NCBI RefSeq assembly: GCF_041625495.1
Contig: NZ_JBFJTH010000001.1
Coordinates: 12,933-76,932, forward strand
Length of the DNA stretch: 64,000 nt
Reading direction: 5' to 3'
Origin: Litorivivens sp.
GTDB taxonomy: Bacteria; Pseudomonadota; Gammaproteobacteria; Pseudomonadales; Spongiibacteraceae
A program made the position numbers and the translations under genes. The stretch's first letter is position 1. Each line of letters begins with the position of its first letter. Positions 61,825-64,000 of this stretch are shown piece by piece. The notes below the pieces were generated by a model, which saw nothing but the letters and a program-made list of their open reading frames with translations, did no database searches and was not told the origin of the DNA.

Positions 61825-63381
61825 ATGTACAGTTCCCTGTCTTCTTTGCTGGTTCGCAACACCCAGATTATTCCCGATAAAATCGCAACGCAGATGGATG
61901 GACGCCAGAAAAGCTGGCATGAATTTGGTGCTAGGGTAAAGCGTATTGCCGGAGCGTTGAAGGGTGAAGGTGTCAGGCCTGGCGATCGGGTTGGCATTCT
62001 GGCGATGAATTCTGATCGCTATTTCGAACTTATTTACGCCATCCCGTGGCTGGGTGCAGTCGCGGTGCCGATTAATATTCGGTTGGCGCCACCGGAAATT
62101 TCACACTGGATTACCGACTCCCAGATGGAGTACCTGTTCGTCGATAGTTTCTTCAAAGACACAATTAACAGCCTACGTGATAAGTTGCCTCTAAAATCAG
62201 TCTGGGGTCTGGATGAGCAGGCTGCTGATAAAGGCGTCGATCACTTCGCCGCAGAGGGTCCAGCGCTGGAAGACTACTATGGCTCTGGTGATGATCTGGC
62301 CTTTCTAATGTATACCGGTGGTACTACAGGGCCTTCCAAAGGTGTCATGCTGAGCCATCGCAATCTGCTGAGTTCCTGCATGCAGGCTTTGCCGACACTG
62401 ATTGATGTTAACTGGCCAGAAGAAAAGCGCTTTCTCCGGGTTGCCCCGATGTTCCATGTCGCCGATATGTATAACGGCTTCACCCAGACCATTCTAGGAG
62501 CAACCCATATTTTTCTGCCGTTTTTTGATCCGAAAGCGGTGCTGGATACCCTCCAGAAAGAGCGCGCAACCTATGTCATGCTGGTTCCGACCATGCTGGG
62601 AATGATGTTGCAGTTACCGGAATTTGAAAGTACGGATCTGCGTGACCTTAAGGCGATCGGTTATGGTGCCTCACCCATGCCTCAGGCAATCCTCGAGCGT
62701 GCGCAAAAAATACTTCCCCATGTCGAGTTTTTTCAGGCCTATGGTCAGACCGAAGCCGCGCCCATCATTTCTGTGCTCACCGCAAAAGACCACAGCCATC
62801 CGAGTGATCCAAAAATACTGCGCTCAGCCGGTCAGGTGATTCCCGGGGTTGAACTGCAAATACTTGATGATGAAGGTAGATCATTGCCGGAAGGCGAGGT
62901 GGGGGAAATTTGCGTACGTGGCGACAACGTCATGGGCGGCTATTGGCACCTGGAAGATAAAACGGCAGAAACCCTGAGAGGCGGCTGGCTGCATACCGGT
63001 GATGGCGGGTATCTGGAAAATGGCTACCTCTACGTGGTTGATCGAGTGAAGGACATGATTGTTTCGGGAGGGGAAAACGTTTATTCCTCGGAAGTAGAGC
63101 AGGCTATCTACAAACATCCAGCCGTAGAGCAGTGCGCAGTAATTGGAATACCCAGTGATCAATGGGGCGAGCAGGTGCATGCAATTGTTGTGCTTAAAGC
63201 CGGACAACAGGTAGCAGAGGCGGATCTTATTACGCATTGCAAAGCGTGGATCGCCAGTTATAAATGTCCGCGTTCCGTGGAGTTTCGCAAGGAGCCGCTG
63301 CCTTTGTCTGGTGTATCAAAAGTTCTCAAGAATGAACTGCGTAAGCCGTATTGGGAAGGGCGCGAGCGCGCCGTGAACTGA
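61825..63381 (+). CDS. Long-chain fatty acid-CoA ligase (AMP-binding family)
   Basis: YTGGTTGPSKG, AYGQTE, GWLHTGD, DRVKDMIVSGGENVY, KVLK; GAGG RBS before ATG 61825. Confidence 0.93.
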   Translation: MYSSLSSLLVRNTQIIPDKIATQMDGRQKSWHEFGARVKRIAGALKGEGVRPGDRVGILAMNSDRYFELIYAIPWLGAVAVPINIRLAPPEISHWITDSQMEYLFVDSFFKDTINSLRDKLPLKSVWGLDEQAADKGVDHFAAEGPALEDYYGSGDDLAFLMYTGGTTGPSKGVMLSHRNLLSSCMQALPTLIDVNWPEEKRFLRVAPMFHVADMYNGFTQTILGATHIFLPFFDPKAVLDTLQKERATYVMLVPTMLGMMLQLPEFESTDLRDLKAIGYGASPMPQAILERAQKILPHVEFFQAYGQTEAAPIISVLTAKDHSHPSDPKILRSAGQVIPGVELQILDDEGRSLPEGEVGEICVRGDNVMGGYWHLEDKTAETLRGGWLHTGDGGYLENGYLYVVDRVKDMIVSGGENVYSSEVEQAIYKHPAVEQCAVIGIPSDQWGEQVHAIVVLKAGQQVAEADLITHCKAWIASYKCPRSVEFRKEPLPLSGVSKVLKNELRKPYWEGRERAVN

Positions 63382-63513
63382 AGGTACTTTGCCCTTAACT
63401 GCATCCAGTTTAAGGGTTCCTTTCAAACAGCTGATCGTTTGGGCAGAGGAGTCACAACCCGTGCGTTTTCTGCCTTTGCGAGGCTGTCGATCGAAGTATA
63501 GATTTCGTAACGC

Positions 63514-63545
63514 TTGACTCTGTATCCAACTGCAGGCTTTTAACT
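63514..63545 (+). promoter_or_regulatory. MerR-family (ZntR/CadR/PbrR-like) long-spacer promoter-operator
   Basis: TTGACT-N20-TTAACT with imperfect dyad CTGTA-TCCAAC-TGCAG in the spacer. Confidence 0.68.
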
Positions 63546-63594
63546 CACGCTACTGCACCAATTTGGTTGTAGGCACTGTTTTAAGGAGCTGTGT

Positions 63595-64000
63595 ATGGAA
63601 CAAGCATGTCATGTTAATAAAGTGCAAAAGACCGAATCGTTAGCTACAAACAGTTTCGACTGGACGAGCACGAAAATCTGGCGACAATCGGCAAAGAATA
63701 CTGGCTGGTGCTTGCTGGGCTGCGCTATCGGCGATTTCGGTACTATTTTGGCGTTTCAGGTTTACGCGCCGGGCTCCAACGCAATGCTGGTCATGGGGTT
63801 GGCAATGCTCAACGGCCTGTTGAGTAGTATTGCCCTAGAAGCCTTTATTCTCAGCCGCCAAATGACCCTGCGTTTGGCTTTGAAAACCGCGCTAGGCATG
63901 AGCCTGGTCAGTATGCTGGGTATGGAGTTTGCCATGAATGCGACCGATTACCTGCTGGTGGGAGAAGCAAAGTTGACCTGGTGGTCCGTTCTGCCAAGCC
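63595..64000 (+). CDS. DUF4396 family membrane protein, partial at window edge
   Basis: MEQACH..., W..SA.NT.WCLLGCAIGDFGTI, TALGMS.VSM..ME.AMN.TD; AAGGAG RBS. Confidence 0.8.
   Translation, partial: MEQACHVNKVQKTESLATNSFDWTSTKIWRQSAKNTGWCLLGCAIGDFGTILAFQVYAPGSNAMLVMGLAMLNGLLSSIALEAFILSRQMTLRLALKTALGMSLVSMLGMEFAMNATDYLLVGEAKLTWWSVLPS

Overview
Ordinary, gene-dense chromosomal DNA from a gammaproteobacterium. Gene content and order suggest a marine Cellvibrionales/Spongiibacteraceae-like, lipid-degrading organism (inference). It carries core loci: tatD end-gcvT-GH84, fadBA, tRNA-Leu-tig-clpP-clpX-lon-hupB-ppiD, serA, degQ, SRP RNA-dnaX-ybaB-recR-rnd, a MoxR/VWA pair, metH/nfuA, mtnA-DAHP synthase, rlmD, a Yej/Npp-type ABC importer, mltD-gloB-rnhA-dnaQ, a FimL-like gene and sohB. 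Accessory lipid and redox genes include WS/DGAT, an acyl-CoA ligase, an LLM oxidoreductase, two tyrosine phosphatases and a large lipoprotein hydrolase. I saw no transposase, integrase, prophage or CRISPR array, and no convincing wholly new multi-gene system. The best signals missed by the ORF track are: a complete -1 ribosomal frameshift cassette inside dnaX; a 36-aa membrane microprotein with its own promoter, RBS and terminator; a truncated HmuV/FecE-type ATPase remnant; and a MerR/ZntR-type long-spacer promoter before a DUF4396 gene. A signal-peptide-less GH84 O-GlcNAcase-like gene within a housekeeping operon is also notable. All protein calls come from motif recognition by eye, not database searches.
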